The position numbers were made by a program, and so were the translations under genes. The notes below the pieces were generated by a model. That model worked only from the letters and a program-made list of their open reading frames with translations, was not told the origin of the DNA and ran no database searches. Positions 63,869-64,000 of a stretch of DNA of 64,000 nt are shown here, one piece after another. The stretch is from Gekko japonicus (lineage: Eukaryota). Numbering within the stretch: the stretch's first letter is position 1; each line of letters starts with the position of its first letter. Where the stretch lies: assembly GCF_001447785.1 (NCBI RefSeq), contig NW_015171537.1, forward strand, positions 325,112 to 389,111, written 5' to 3'.

Positions 63869-64000
63869 ATGATTGTATGGGCCCAGAATATAGGCCACAA
63901 TATTAATTTAGAAGAGTGGGAGCAGATTTGGCTGAAGAATATAAAATTAACTAATGCTGTGTCATATAAAGAGAACATGTATAAAACGTTTTACAGATGG
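63869..64000 (+). mobile_element. L1-type LINE ORF2 C-terminal fragment (continues beyond the window)
   Basis: MIVWAQNIGHNINLEEWEQIWLKNIKLTNAVSYKENMYKTFYRW; W..IW...KEN.YK..YRW pattern. Confidence 0.75.

Noticed and set aside
43671-64000. Nested TRIM32 or the next ASTN2 exon
   Set aside because: No RING/NHL ORF or ENNFIKDFPQL-like peptide was found; they are presumably further downstream.

Overview
Vertebrate genomic DNA, almost certainly squamate and probably gecko (inferred from the SINE/MITE families). The whole window lies inside the astrotactin-2 gene (ASTN2, + strand). Three internal coding exons are present (11825-11975, 37583-37749, 43482-43670). They have canonical AG/GT sites and compatible phases and encode EGF-like extracellular modules; the gene start and end lie outside the window. 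The rest is intron packed with mobile DNA: a ~5.3 kb decayed DIRS tyrosine-recombinase retrotransposon (gag, RT/RNase H, adenine methyltransferase, YR), a nested BovB LINE/Sauria SINE/CR1 stack, a second CR1, L1 and L2 fragments, four Sauria SINEs, tRNA- and 5S-derived SINEs, Penelope-like remnants (two as fold-back hairpins, with decayed hammerhead motifs), many hAT-type MITEs with 8-bp TSDs, a 44-bp minisatellite and an assembly gap. The best leads are (i) a CpG-rich composite SINE at ~48263-48928 that I do not recognise, (ii) a strong splice acceptor at the start of the DIRS gag that is in frame with the upstream ASTN2 exon, and (iii) inverted repeat pairs bracketing frame-symmetric ASTN2 exons. 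Family names come from recall, not database searches. No prokaryotic features are present.
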